Shown piece by piece: positions 51,473-61,890 of a stretch of DNA of 64,000 bases; position 1 is the first letter of the stretch, and every line of letters starts with the position of its first letter. The translations under genes were made by a program, and so were the position numbers. The notes beneath the pieces were generated by a model that searched no databases, was not told where the DNA came from, and saw only the letters and a program-made list of their open reading frames with translations. Source of the stretch: a virus; IMG/VR virus record IMGVR_UViG_3300043570_004127, positions 32,001 to 96,000 of that record. One strand, given 5' to 3'.

Positions 51473-52136
51473 CTAGCGCCTCTGCTCTTGGTTTATTAAC
51501 TTCATAACCATGTTCGTGCTCCCAGTTTCCATCATCACGCAAATAGTTGCAAAAATCAGGTTCCATATCTATGAAATCCTGGATAACTGTTATGGCATGA
51601 TTCCAATCTGCCTCAGTTATTACCGGAGAGAATGGAGATTCGGTTCCTCTTACGCCCGCAAAAGCGAGCGACTTTCCACCAGAACGAGAAGTTAGCTTTC
51701 TTAATCTATTATCAAATTCATCGTCTGACCAGAGCGAACCGGCAGTAACTTTCTTTAATTTTTTTTTGCAATTTTTCATTCCCGGATGATGGCATCCCTC
51801 GTTGGGCCACAAACCAGTTGTTTCATGGTGCAGCCAAGCACAAATTCTTTCAAGTGGATAGAGCTCTGGGTGGTCTGCAAGAATAACTCTGCATCTACGG
51901 AATCCACCTTCACGCTTCATGATTGGTCTCCAGTAGCGAAGCAATCTCTCTAAGTTTCCACGTCGTGGTCCGCGCCCCTGGAGAACATCGCCACTGATAT
52001 TTTCCTGGGGTATTACTGCACCTGCTGGTCCGCCAGCTTTTTCATCAATTGCTTGCTCCCCAGCCTTTTCGATTACTATTTTACTAGTGAGTATTTGCTC
52101 GAATATGTCCACTGCCGCTCCGATTTTTGGTGACAC
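51450..52136 (-). CDS. hypothetical head-region protein
   Basis: LLRYW...GGFRRC...CAWLHHETTGLWP. Confidence 0.7.
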   Translation of the reverse strand: MSPKIGAAVDIFEQILTSKIVIEKAGEQAIDEKAGGPAGAVIPQENISGDVLQGRGPRRGNLERLLRYWRPIMKREGGFRRCRVILADHPELYPLERICAWLHHETTGLWPNEGCHHPGMKNCKKKLKKVTAGSLWSDDEFDNRLRKLTSRSGGKSLAFAGVRGTESPFSPVITEADWNHAITVIQDFIDMEPDFCNYLRDDGNWEHEHGYEVNKPRAEALDANLFDF

Positions 52137-52187
52137 CCAATTTCCCCTGGTTTAATTGTACGCACAAAACCAGCGCGATAAATAATG

Positions 52188-52538
52188 TCAAGACTTAATA
52201 TGTTTATTGAAATATGTTTGCTTTGACGCTTTCTCCAGCGAACTCATGGATATTCGTACTTTTTCGTTATATGGGTTTGTCTCGGTTCGTCTTGGTATCA
52301 GTTTTATGAACTCTGACTGCCACTTTTGGTCCTCGAAGTCCATCGACCAAAGAAACTTCTGATAGTCGTTGTCTTTCAATGGGACCACTTCTGGATTGGT
52401 CGCGATAAAGGACATAAACGAAACTGGTGCCTGACTCTTGCCATCGGAATAAATACCGTCAAACTTGTCCGCCCCAGAGACGAAGTAGAGCTTGCCAGAG
52501 TCACCTACGTTTGCCACTAAGTGTTTTTCAATTGCCAT
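52188..52538 (-). CDS. hypothetical protein downstream of the 2470-aa ORF
   Basis: 116 aa; GAGG RBS. Confidence 0.65.
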   Translation of the reverse strand: MAIEKHLVANVGDSGKLYFVSGADKFDGIYSDGKSQAPVSFMSFIATNPEVVPLKDNDYQKFLWSMDFEDQKWQSEFIKLIPRRTETNPYNEKVRISMSSLEKASKQTYFNKHIKS

Positions 52539-52548
52539 AAAACGACCT

Positions 52549-55500
52549 CTATTTATCTTTCATCGTTGAGAGAATCGCATAGAGCTTGACCATTGGAGGT
52601 ATTTCATCAAGACTAACAGATTCCTGTTTTGCAGATTTAATTGACGAGCCAAGTCTCCCAAATATCGGTTTTACAATCTTGGAGGCAACATCTCTGATTT
52701 TTTCTGTCTCCTCAAAGTCGTACAGCCCACCATCAGCACCAGCTCTAAATTGTGGAACGATATCAAGGTCTTTATTCTGTCCGAAAAGCCACCATGCGCT
52801 AAATGCTTCAGCAAATTTTTCAGCGTTATTCGTAGCGCCGTACTTCGTTACCGATGATAGCTGACCAAAATCCTTTTCTAGCGATGTACTCCAACTAGAA
52901 GCATTATTTGACTTTCTTGATGCTAATGTATCGAGCACATGACCCATTTCGTGCACCATTACACCGTAAGCAAGACGTTTCGCCATCTCTTCTTTTTTTG
53001 CTTTGATTTTTAATTCATTTTCTGGCGTACGAGTTATTTTGTTGTTGTTTTCAAATTGCAAGAAGATGTCATGAACGCCATGGTATTTTTTCCCAATTTG
53101 TGCTTTTAGATTTGATAATGCCTGTCCGCGCAATTTTGTATCCATTACAAATGTATCTGCTATTTCATCAGACGCATTGGAAATTCGCCCAACCGGTATT
53201 TCCATTTCAATTATTCCAGCATCATCGTCCATGGAGACAAAACCAAGGAGCCCTTCTTCATCGTTTGTGGTTAAGTCTCTTTTGACTCTAAAACGCATAT
53301 CAGAAGCAGCTCTTCCGCCAAATAAATCTTCTGCATCAAAATTTGACAAAATGTCATCTAGGGCTTGAAGCGATGCAAAATGCGCCGTTTTGTAGGAATC
53401 GCCCTCATCGAATATGTCGTCAATTTCCATTTCTAAATCGTATTTTTTTTTAAAATATTTGGTCTGCTCTGCGGCTGTTCTGCCAAATTTTGCTTCATGC
53501 TCCTTTGTAGATGCGACCTTAACCACACCAGACTTGTCGCGGCCATAAGGGAGTGTCTTGGGTCCTTTTTCAACTACCTCATCAAGCGTTCTACCTACCG
53601 ACATTTCTCCCGTTAGCGAGCTCTCAACCACGGTATTGGGTTTTTTTTTAGTGCTCTGCGAAAGACTCATCGCGCCAGTTATTCCTGAGGCGATGTTGTC
53701 TTTATCCCCACCACCCTTTGCTTCACGCATGTCACTGATTATGTCTTCCATCTGCTTTTCAATTTTGTTTCTTATTGCTTCTTTTGCAGTGGTTTTTTTA
53801 GATGCTTTTTTATCGAAGGCTTTAGGGTCGAAAACGTTAAGTCCATATTTGTTAGTTATTGAAAGCTTTATGCCTTTTTTGTCCATTGACTTTCGCATGG
53901 CTTCTGCGGCTTCTAGTCTGAGGTATTTATCAACGTCCTGCTTCAGGTCGAACTCGGCTGCTCCAAAGCGGTTCATGCCTTTTTGAATTTTGTCAGGTAT
54001 CACAAAGTCCCTTGGTGAGGAGGAAAGCATGTCTCTAATGATTTTTCGTTCTTCTTCGGTTGGATTGATTCTGTCCATTGCGGCATCGGAGATAATCTTT
54101 TCCTTAAGACCATTTAGGAAAGATTCGCTTTCCTTGATGTATGCGTCTTTGCCCATTGCCGAATTTGTTGCTGGAGAATCAGGGTGACCGTCAATGAAGT
54201 TTTTTGGAATCGAATCGAATGGTATTTTTATTTCGTCAATATCGTCGGAGTTAAATCCCCCAGCAATAAACGCCTCACGTGGCTCCCACGAGCGACCTGG
54301 GCTTGTCGCGTACTTTTCTTTTCTATATGCGTCGTGGTTATTTTTAAAGCTATTGTATAGGTGCTCAATTATGTTTTCTGCACGGTTGTCAGTCTTGAAA
54401 GCAGCATCAACATGAGCCCTAGCAATCACTTCATTGTCTGAGCTGTTCATGCCGACTGGCTCAATATGGTTATTGAACAACTCGCCGTTTCCGTACGCTG
54501 TTCTGTCAGCAACACCAGGGTTTAGAATAACTTCAGCGTTTCCAAAATTCCAGTCATTACCCCTAGTTCGCTTGGAGTGGGGAAAATCTACAAGGTTGGG
54601 GGAGTATCTTTCCGGATTCTCTTTACCACTGTTTTTGAGGAATTTATTAATGTCGCTCTGTTCTCTTTGAAGTTCATCCATGTGTAGAACAAAACCCGAT
54701 GCCGGACGTAACTCAACTGGGGTGTCTGGGTGTATGCCAATATCGGCTTCGTATTTTGCAAGTATCTTGTCGAGACCTACAATCTCGTTTCTTTGATGGC
54801 TGTTCTTGAACCCGTTTTCAATAAGGTCTTTCAAGAATCTTCCAGGAACGTGCGTGCGAGGCTGTTTATCTAAACCCTCGTGGAAGTCAAGAATTGAAAA
54901 CTCCAGTTCCTTCTTTAGCTCTTCGATTGGTGTTTCGTTTAGGTATCTGTGGAAATCTGGGTTAAGGCCATTGAGAGCATTCTTAACATCAAATATGTTC
55001 TTCTTCCAGTCGTCGTCATTTGGGCCGTCTGGTGGAGGGGAGCCAGGTGGGGCAGCGGCAGCAGCCTGTGGTCCCTCTGAATTCGGAATGAAGTCAGTCT
55101 TAATCACGTCCTTCAACGCAGTAAGAACATTAATTCGTTCTTTGTTTCTGGCTTCCTTTGTCTCACTGATTAGCGTTGGTCCGAGCATCGTGTCGGCAGG
55201 GTTCAAATCTTTTATATAGCGCACACTTGTGTCTCCGCCAAAGTTTCCGCCAGGCCCATTGATTGAGCGCTTGATTTCTGCGGTCTTCCGATTTGATTTT
55301 CTAGTTGAAGATATTTTCATCGATGTTCGCATCGCGCCAGTTACACCGCTGCTACTTGATGATTGATAAAGAGGAGCGGATAGAACCTTTTCTGGACTTG
55401 GGTCTATGCCTTCTTTTTTCAGCTTGACCGCTCTTGCCATAAGCGCATGTGCTGCTAGGTTGTAGTTTTCGGGTTGACGAGCACTGCGAAGTCGTGACGA

Positions 55501-58500
55501 AACACCGAATATTGGCTTATTAACCCCGACTAATTGTCTTTCATCTGATGGCCCTAGATTGCTGACAATAGTGTCTTCGGTGTCTCCCACGACAAGATAG
55601 GCCGAACCACGAAGGTTATCTTCCCATCTTATGTACGAATCTTGGTCTTTGACATCTATTGCAAAGGGGCCAGCTCCCCGTGCGGTATTTTGTGCTTCCG
55701 TGTAATACTTCGCTACGTCCTCTGGGATATCTGCAGCGGCATTTCTACCGTAGTATCCATCTGTAGTAACACCGCTTGATGCTGGATATGCGCTCAAAAA
55801 TCCAAAGTCTGGGCTTTCGTTAATTCTCGCTGCGAGTTTGCTGGCTCGAGTTTGTTGTGCCTGAAGTTCCGTGAGCCTTCTGTTCCCATCTTCAATCAAG
55901 GGCCTTATTCCGTCTCGCAGTGGAAGTGCTGTTATATCTAGTTCTTCGCCCTGTTTGGCGCCATACTGGGAGGAAATACCGAGCAGTGAATTGATTGAAT
56001 CTGCTTCTTCCCTGTTTTGTGGTGTGAACTTTGTTTGTCCTGCATTCAGGGCAGACATTATTGTTTCATATGTTGCTAATTTTTTTGCATCTTGTCGGAA
56101 TTTTTCATTAAAATTACCAATTTGCATTCTGTTTAGGGCGCCAGTATCGCCAGGTGAACCAGCTCCCATCCCAGCAGTAGATGTTCGTGAAGGATTAAGA
56201 ACTCCGCCATCCAGTTGCGCCTTGCCTACGTGAATCACAGCTTCTTGATTACCGTCGAGTTTGAACGCTTCAATATCGCCATCGTTTCTTCGTTTTTGGA
56301 GTTCTTTACCCTCCTCGACGAGTCTTCTGTATTCTTCCTCAGGCACGTCTTCTATGTCGAGAATTCCTTGCTCTACTCTTTCCTTCTTGGTGCGCGCTAA
56401 GAATTCCTGAAGAACGACTTCTTTTTTAGAATCAGAAATTTTCTTTTCTAATTCTTGTTTGAACTTGGCGAGCCCCTCTTTCTCAACTTCTTCTTTTGTT
56501 AGGTTGCGTGGAGTTACGTCAGCGTCAAATCCGTCTAGGGATGTCTTGTCTTTACCGCGAGATAGGACAACTCCAAACTCCCCACCTCTCCACTCACCAG
56601 TCGCCTCAAGTGCAGCCATGGCTTTCTCTAAACTATCGACCCTATTCCTGGCTTTTTCGCTTCGTTTATCTTGCTTATCAGTTGATTCGGAAACTATATT
56701 TCTAAAGTTTTGAGGAGCCAGGGAAACATCCATCGAGCCAGTTACGCCGCCATTCCGCTCAAGTACTTGCTGTTCAAAATCAACGATTGCTTTTTCGAAA
56801 TCATTCTGAGCTTCAGTAACTCTTTCCTTTTGCGACTTCATATCGAGGACGGTGGTTGGAAGGTTCTTTTCTATGGCTTTATCAACCAACGCTGCCATTA
56901 CCATTCCTGCCGCCTCAGAGTCTGCGTCGGCAGTGTGATGCTTGGAACCCAAATCAACGCCAAGATATGCCGTAATATCTGCTAGTCCATTTGATGCTTT
57001 TCTTGTTTCTGGAATCACAGTGCCGTCATCCAGTATTTTTTCTTTTACGAGCTTGGATGGGCCTTCTGGGTTTTCAGGTGTCCAGCGTGGCAGTGTGTGC
57101 TCTGATATGTCTTTTGTATCTAGGTAACCAGAAGGCCTCCACTGAATCCCAAGTTTTTCTAGAGTCGCATCAAGTACATCTTTGTCAAACGGTGCATATT
57201 GAACTCCAAATATTGCATTTTCGCCGGCAAAATCCGCAAGCATCTGATGGGCCTTTAGCATGCTTTCCTGGGTGTCCAAATACGCATCGGTCAGTACATT
57301 GCCATCTTTGTCTTTAAGGTATTTCGCAGACCATTCACCTAATGGTTGGTCTGGTTTCATGAATACATTAAGGCGGTCAATTACTTTTCCACCCTTCATT
57401 CGTACGGCACCTATTTGGACCGGAGAACCCTTGCCTATAGTGCGACCGTCGCTGTCGTTTTCTATTCCAGTTGTTTCATAGTCAAAGAAGATTATTTCTG
57501 TTTCGTCATATATTTTTTTAAACTCTTCCCAGGTTTTTGCGCTTCCAAATATTTTTTGAGCATCGCCGAGAAATGAACCATACGTAGGTTCGCGCGGGTA
57601 GCGCGGTTTGTCTTGCTCGACAGACATTGCACCAGTAATCCCACTTCGCAGACGAGCTGCGCTGAGTGGCTGCCATTGCTTTTTAGGTTTTTTGTTTTTA
57701 TTTCTAGCTTTTCTTTCGTCTTGTTTTACCCACCCCTGAACCTGTTGTGCATGCAGGCTGGTTCGGCGCTGGCCACCACCCATGTCCATCGCCCCAGTTA
57801 GATTCCATGTTCCAGGTCGAACACCAAAGGTCCCAGACCCTGAATCGTTGAGTCTTCGTGTCACTTCTGCGGAGGTCATCGGCGTTCCAGGAATTCCTAT
57901 TCTTGCCGTTCGTGAAGGCCCGGTACCTGAAGCCGCGACTGCATCAGAGAATTCTTGAACATAATTGGCGTTTCTCGTACTCTGTCTAACCGGTCCCCTA
58001 CCACCTGGTCTTGGTGACCTGAGATTAAGCGGGTATCTTTGCGGCGAGAGCATTCTGGCCTGGCTGTTAGTTTCGCCATAGAGTCTTCTAGCTGCGTAAT
58101 ACTCTGCTCTTGTCTCAATAGGGTTAGAAGCAGCATATTCCCCACCAGCAAATTGAGCCATAAGCATTAGGTCTTCAGCTGTATCGGTAATGTTGTTTAC
58201 TACCGCTTCAGTAAATGCGTCGTAAAACTCAACGAGGTCTTTTTGTAGGTCTGCAGAGTTAAAGTTTCCGCGTCCTCCCATGTACTGTCTAGTCTTGAGA
58301 TTTTGAGCGGCATCCATTACGAGCTGGATGCTCGGACTATTCATTGGATTCCGCATGTTGGTGAAATCTATTTCCCATCCACCGTTCTCTTTTCCAGGAC
58401 GCCAAGCTGGTGCTCCACCAGTAGTGGCACTGCCGGCAAAGTATGTAGGGTTTGACGGGTATCGAGCCATTCTGTTTACGTCGAATCCAAGAGCCTGCAA

Positions 58501-59961
58501 TGCTGTAGAGAAGTGCGCAAGGTGTCCAAATTCGTGAGTGGCCGTATAGTGCATGTCGCCCTCGACGGAATCATGTATTCCGCCACTGCGTGCATCGCCG
58601 TTATGAAAACCTAACGAGCTCTGGAACAGAGCTGCAGGGTTTATTCTCATAATGACGTGAACTCCGCCCTGTCCGGCATTCCGTCCAGCCACTAGTTTTT
58701 TCCCTGCAGCACTTACAAGTCTCCCGTTGGAATCTATAGCTGGTCCGAAATGGTCCAGTGAAACTTCAAATGCACTCCCCATGTTGTAATCAACCTGGAA
58801 CTGAGTTACTAATTTTGCATGGTCCGGATTCGCAATTGCCTCAACAATTGTTGCCTCCCAGAACGCCCGAATTCCCCTTTTTGCCTCACCCTTTTGCTCC
58901 CATCTCAGATTCGATGGAATCGCATTTTGGAAATATGCTTTAAATTCATTCGGCTCAACATTGGGGAACATTTGTGTCATTACCCTCATGAAGGTTGCTT
59001 CATCGGTAATGTCTCCGATGTCGTCACCGTTCGGAAGTTTTATCAATCCGGAACGTATCATCTCGTGATTTGTCATAGCAAGCATCGTTGACCGTTTACC
59101 ACGTTGGGTTTTTTCTTTCCGGCCCAAAAGATAAGGTTCACTTGGTCCAGACCTTCTGGATGGGTCATACCTCTGACCGACACCTCCAGACATTGCTCCA
59201 ACAATTCGCCCACCAACAGCCATTCGGCTAGATACTTCGTCGTACCCCATGTCCAAAAAATCTTGCTGGGTTAGGTTGTTCATGTCTCTTGCTGCTTGGA
59301 ATCCACTTGGGGTTCTTCCACCAACTTGTGACGCATCCGCAATTGCACTTCCTGCACGTCTTGCTATTCGTCCTGCGCTTCCGGCGGCTGTGCGTGGAGA
59401 GACAATAAAACAGTTAGACATTCTTTGGTCAGTAAACTGGTTTGCTGCCGGACTTCCTTCAGGACAGCGAAGTTTGTTCTTGTCATCCACCCATGGCTTT
59501 AAACCAAACTTCCCCATCATGGAGCGTGCAAGAAGGGTATCTATTTCGTCCCTAAGTTTCGGACCAAGAGACTTTGAGTCAAGATGTAAATCTGGGTGTT
59601 TAAATTTAACTTTCGGCTTTTTTGTTTGATATTCTTTTTGCAAATTGTAATAATTTGTATCTGTATGCAATGGGTTGCCAAACTTACACAAATGCATAGT
59701 CATCCCTGGTGGGATTAGGGGAAGTGGGTCACTTTGCTTCCATGTTTTAAGAAATGCGTCGTATGGATTCTTAAAAGGATTTTCTTCTTCTTTTGATTTT
59801 TCGTCTTTTGGTTTAGACTCTTTTGGCTTGGCTTCTTTTATGTCAAGGGTCGGACCAGTAATTAATTTTGCGTCCTTGTTTTTGACAGCTCTCGCTATCG
59901 CCCTGTTGATGAAATCGTTTTGTCTATAGCCCACTGAAGGTCTCCCAGCGCGAAGCCACAC
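52549..59961 (-). CDS. 2470-aa multidomain polyprotein (zincin, DEDDh exonuclease, DUF3626/ART-like, second zincin)
   Basis: HEFGH...ETRAE; FFDYETTG...FD...HTADAD; RPASG...RTAY...EAFIAGG; HEMGH...EKFAEAF. Confidence 0.85.
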   Translation of the reverse strand: MWLRAGRPSVGYRQNDFINRAIARAVKNKDAKLITGPTLDIKEAKPKESKPKDEKSKEEENPFKNPYDAFLKTWKQSDPLPLIPPGMTMHLCKFGNPLHTDTNYYNLQKEYQTKKPKVKFKHPDLHLDSKSLGPKLRDEIDTLLARSMMGKFGLKPWVDDKNKLRCPEGSPAANQFTDQRMSNCFIVSPRTAAGSAGRIARRAGSAIADASQVGGRTPSGFQAARDMNNLTQQDFLDMGYDEVSSRMAVGGRIVGAMSGGVGQRYDPSRRSGPSEPYLLGRKEKTQRGKRSTMLAMTNHEMIRSGLIKLPNGDDIGDITDEATFMRVMTQMFPNVEPNEFKAYFQNAIPSNLRWEQKGEAKRGIRAFWEATIVEAIANPDHAKLVTQFQVDYNMGSAFEVSLDHFGPAIDSNGRLVSAAGKKLVAGRNAGQGGVHVIMRINPAALFQSSLGFHNGDARSGGIHDSVEGDMHYTATHEFGHLAHFSTALQALGFDVNRMARYPSNPTYFAGSATTGGAPAWRPGKENGGWEIDFTNMRNPMNSPSIQLVMDAAQNLKTRQYMGGRGNFNSADLQKDLVEFYDAFTEAVVNNITDTAEDLMLMAQFAGGEYAASNPIETRAEYYAARRLYGETNSQARMLSPQRYPLNLRSPRPGGRGPVRQSTRNANYVQEFSDAVAASGTGPSRTARIGIPGTPMTSAEVTRRLNDSGSGTFGVRPGTWNLTGAMDMGGGQRRTSLHAQQVQGWVKQDERKARNKNKKPKKQWQPLSAARLRSGITGAMSVEQDKPRYPREPTYGSFLGDAQKIFGSAKTWEEFKKIYDETEIIFFDYETTGIENDSDGRTIGKGSPVQIGAVRMKGGKVIDRLNVFMKPDQPLGEWSAKYLKDKDGNVLTDAYLDTQESMLKAHQMLADFAGENAIFGVQYAPFDKDVLDATLEKLGIQWRPSGYLDTKDISEHTLPRWTPENPEGPSKLVKEKILDDGTVIPETRKASNGLADITAYLGVDLGSKHHTADADSEAAGMVMAALVDKAIEKNLPTTVLDMKSQKERVTEAQNDFEKAIVDFEQQVLERNGGVTGSMDVSLAPQNFRNIVSESTDKQDKRSEKARNRVDSLEKAMAALEATGEWRGGEFGVVLSRGKDKTSLDGFDADVTPRNLTKEEVEKEGLAKFKQELEKKISDSKKEVVLQEFLARTKKERVEQGILDIEDVPEEEYRRLVEEGKELQKRRNDGDIEAFKLDGNQEAVIHVGKAQLDGGVLNPSRTSTAGMGAGSPGDTGALNRMQIGNFNEKFRQDAKKLATYETIMSALNAGQTKFTPQNREEADSINSLLGISSQYGAKQGEELDITALPLRDGIRPLIEDGNRRLTELQAQQTRASKLAARINESPDFGFLSAYPASSGVTTDGYYGRNAAADIPEDVAKYYTEAQNTARGAGPFAIDVKDQDSYIRWEDNLRGSAYLVVGDTEDTIVSNLGPSDERQLVGVNKPIFGVSSRLRSARQPENYNLAAHALMARAVKLKKEGIDPSPEKVLSAPLYQSSSSSGVTGAMRTSMKISSTRKSNRKTAEIKRSINGPGGNFGGDTSVRYIKDLNPADTMLGPTLISETKEARNKERINVLTALKDVIKTDFIPNSEGPQAAAAAPPGSPPPDGPNDDDWKKNIFDVKNALNGLNPDFHRYLNETPIEELKKELEFSILDFHEGLDKQPRTHVPGRFLKDLIENGFKNSHQRNEIVGLDKILAKYEADIGIHPDTPVELRPASGFVLHMDELQREQSDINKFLKNSGKENPERYSPNLVDFPHSKRTRGNDWNFGNAEVILNPGVADRTAYGNGELFNNHIEPVGMNSSDNEVIARAHVDAAFKTDNRAENIIEHLYNSFKNNHDAYRKEKYATSPGRSWEPREAFIAGGFNSDDIDEIKIPFDSIPKNFIDGHPDSPATNSAMGKDAYIKESESFLNGLKEKIISDAAMDRINPTEEERKIIRDMLSSSPRDFVIPDKIQKGMNRFGAAEFDLKQDVDKYLRLEAAEAMRKSMDKKGIKLSITNKYGLNVFDPKAFDKKASKKTTAKEAIRNKIEKQMEDIISDMREAKGGGDKDNIASGITGAMSLSQSTKKKPNTVVESSLTGEMSVGRTLDEVVEKGPKTLPYGRDKSGVVKVASTKEHEAKFGRTAAEQTKYFKKKYDLEMEIDDIFDEGDSYKTAHFASLQALDDILSNFDAEDLFGGRAASDMRFRVKRDLTTNDEEGLLGFVSMDDDAGIIEMEIPVGRISNASDEIADTFVMDTKLRGQALSNLKAQIGKKYHGVHDIFLQFENNNKITRTPENELKIKAKKEEMAKRLAYGVMVHEMGHVLDTLASRKSNNASSWSTSLEKDFGQLSSVTKYGATNNAEKFAEAFSAWWLFGQNKDLDIVPQFRAGADGGLYDFEETEKIRDVASKIVKPIFGRLGSSIKSAKQESVSLDEIPPMVKLYAILSTMKDK

Positions 59962-60011
59962 ATTTACGCTTAGCCCGATTTGTTGGTTGGTATGACACCA
60001 ACAATATTACA

Positions 60012-61508
60012 TTATTCTGTATCGGTCTGATTAAGTTCTTCCTCGACGGCAAGCATCTGGAATTCCATCAGATTTGACAAGAAGTTCGATTCTGGAGAAA
60101 CCTCAACAACTTCTGCCGTTTTTTCGGCATCATCAGAAGGACCCCAGCTCATTGGAATTAGGTCCTCAAGACCCAAGGCTACGGCACGTTTCATGATGTG
60201 AGATTTTGCTTCGGCTGGATTCTTCGCTCTACCGAATGCTTGAATCGCATTGCGAAGGTCGGCTTCGTCTTTGACTGGGAATGAACCATCAGCAAGTGCA
60301 TGACCTTGTTTTGCCATTGACATTCTCGACTCTTCGGAGTAAGCACGCTTAAGTGCAACTTCTGCAGCTTCTGCTTCAATTGCTGATGCTTCTTCCTGTG
60401 TGTACTCGTCATAGCCAAGTACTTCTCCATCAAGCGAAACGAATACATCGTACGACTTGCCATTTACGCCTTCAATTTCAACTGCGTAAACATCAAATCC
60501 TTCGAATACGTCTGGCTCTACAGCGACAATATCTCCCTCAACCGACTTGACAGCAATATCTGCTGCTTCGCCAAAGCTCACAAGAACTTTGTCTTGAAGG
60601 GCTGACTTAACCTCAATCACGTCGTTTGAAAGAACATGCCAACCCATGACTTCTCCGGTCGAACCGTCAAAGAAGATTTCTACCGGCTTGCCATCTTTTC
60701 TTTCAACATCAACAACAAAAAGGTCGGCTTCGTCGGAGTATCCAGAGTCAAGAACTTTTCCTCTGAACATATCTTCGGCCATGCCTTCGACTTCAATAAG
60801 TGCTGGCATTCCTTTTTCAGAAACGCATCCGCCTGGACAGCTGTCGCAAACATTTGCGCCGCCTGGGTACACCTTGCGGTCGAACGAGCAAACATACGCT
60901 TCCTCGTCGAAGTCTGCTGATTTGAATCCCATTGACTGCATGCGACGTTGACGCATCTTTGAGCGATTCTCTTGAGTTGAACTATAAGAGTCCATCATTT
61001 TTTCGTCAGACTCATCTTCCATGTCTTCGTCCGACTCTTCCATTGGAACATTTGACATTTTTCTTACTGGCTTCGCGACCGGAGCGACATCCTCATCTTC
61101 GTCCATGTCGTCTTCCTCATCCATGTCGTCTTCTTCGTCGAGCATCTCTTCTTCTGCAGGGACAGGCATCATCTTTGGCTTCTTTTTCTGTGGAGACTCT
61201 TGCTCTGTATACATCTCGTCTGCATCTTCTTCGTCGATGATATCCTCGTCGTCGGTCATGGCTTTCTCATCAATCTCTGTGTCCATGTCTTCATCCATAG
61301 CTTCCGCTCCTGGCATTGAGTTCTTTTTCTTTTTGGGTGTATTCATGCCCATCTCGGCCATCGCCTTAACAGATGTAGCCATGGCTCCACACTTTCCACA
61401 AACTTTTGCTCCGGCTTCATAGCCGCACTCTGATGCGTCAAGACCTTTTGCACATTGGGCAACTTCGCCGTCTGAGTCCAACTTGACGACTGGTGATTTC
61501 TGAGTCAT
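60012..61508 (-). CDS. acidic head-associated protein with PepSY-like repeats and DUF6582-like C-terminus
   Basis: D/E/M-rich region; VYAVEIEG...DGEVL; ALADGSFP...LRNAIQAFGRAK; AAGGAG RBS before ATG at 61508. Confidence 0.75.
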   Translation of the reverse strand: MTQKSPVVKLDSDGEVAQCAKGLDASECGYEAGAKVCGKCGAMATSVKAMAEMGMNTPKKKKNSMPGAEAMDEDMDTEIDEKAMTDDEDIIDEEDADEMYTEQESPQKKKPKMMPVPAEEEMLDEEDDMDEEDDMDEDEDVAPVAKPVRKMSNVPMEESDEDMEDESDEKMMDSYSSTQENRSKMRQRRMQSMGFKSADFDEEAYVCSFDRKVYPGGANVCDSCPGGCVSEKGMPALIEVEGMAEDMFRGKVLDSGYSDEADLFVVDVERKDGKPVEIFFDGSTGEVMGWHVLSNDVIEVKSALQDKVLVSFGEAADIAVKSVEGDIVAVEPDVFEGFDVYAVEIEGVNGKSYDVFVSLDGEVLGYDEYTQEEASAIEAEAAEVALKRAYSEESRMSMAKQGHALADGSFPVKDEADLRNAIQAFGRAKNPAEAKSHIMKRAVALGLEDLIPMSWGPSDDAEKTAEVVEVSPESNFLSNLMEFQMLAVEEELNQTDTE

Positions 61509-61882
61509 GAATTTTGCTCCTTGTATTGCATCGAACTTGACAGACAGCCTTTTGGGTTGCTGCAACCACCACACGGATTCATGCGTTTTTCGCCTGAAAC
61601 TATGCAGTGATATTTATATGAAATTTTTTGTTGCTGTACAGGTTTAGCATAACCCATAACAGGGGTTCTTTGGCTGACGTTACCTACTTTAGGACGTGTG
61701 AAGCGTGTCGATTTACCACTTGCGAGATGAGTCTCTTCGGACTTGATTTGAGTCTCGATGACATCCAGTTTCTTATTGAGTTCTCCCACCAACTCAAAGT
61801 TATTTTGGACAATCGCTGAGTCGCGCTCAAATTCAATATTTTTCACAGCGTAATTGAGTAATTCCGTACGTTTCTCGTTCAT
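61505..61882 (-). CDS. hypothetical protein with Cys cluster
   Basis: C...CGGC....C; ATGA overlap with the next gene. Confidence 0.65.
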   Translation of the reverse strand: MNEKRTELLNYAVKNIEFERDSAIVQNNFELVGELNKKLDVIETQIKSEETHLASGKSTRFTRPKVGNVSQRTPVMGYAKPVQQQKISYKYHCIVSGEKRMNPCGGCSNPKGCLSSSMQYKEQNS

Positions 61883-61890
61883 TTCGTGGG

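Noticed and set aside
29198-59961. Giant ORFs as tape-measure or tail-fibre proteins, or a product of stop-codon recoding
   Set aside because: They lie in the head module, contain enzymatic domains, and are open in the standard code.
61000-61300. TCGTCTTC/TCCATG repeats
   Set aside because: They are explained by the acidic DEEDDM low-complexity coding sequence.
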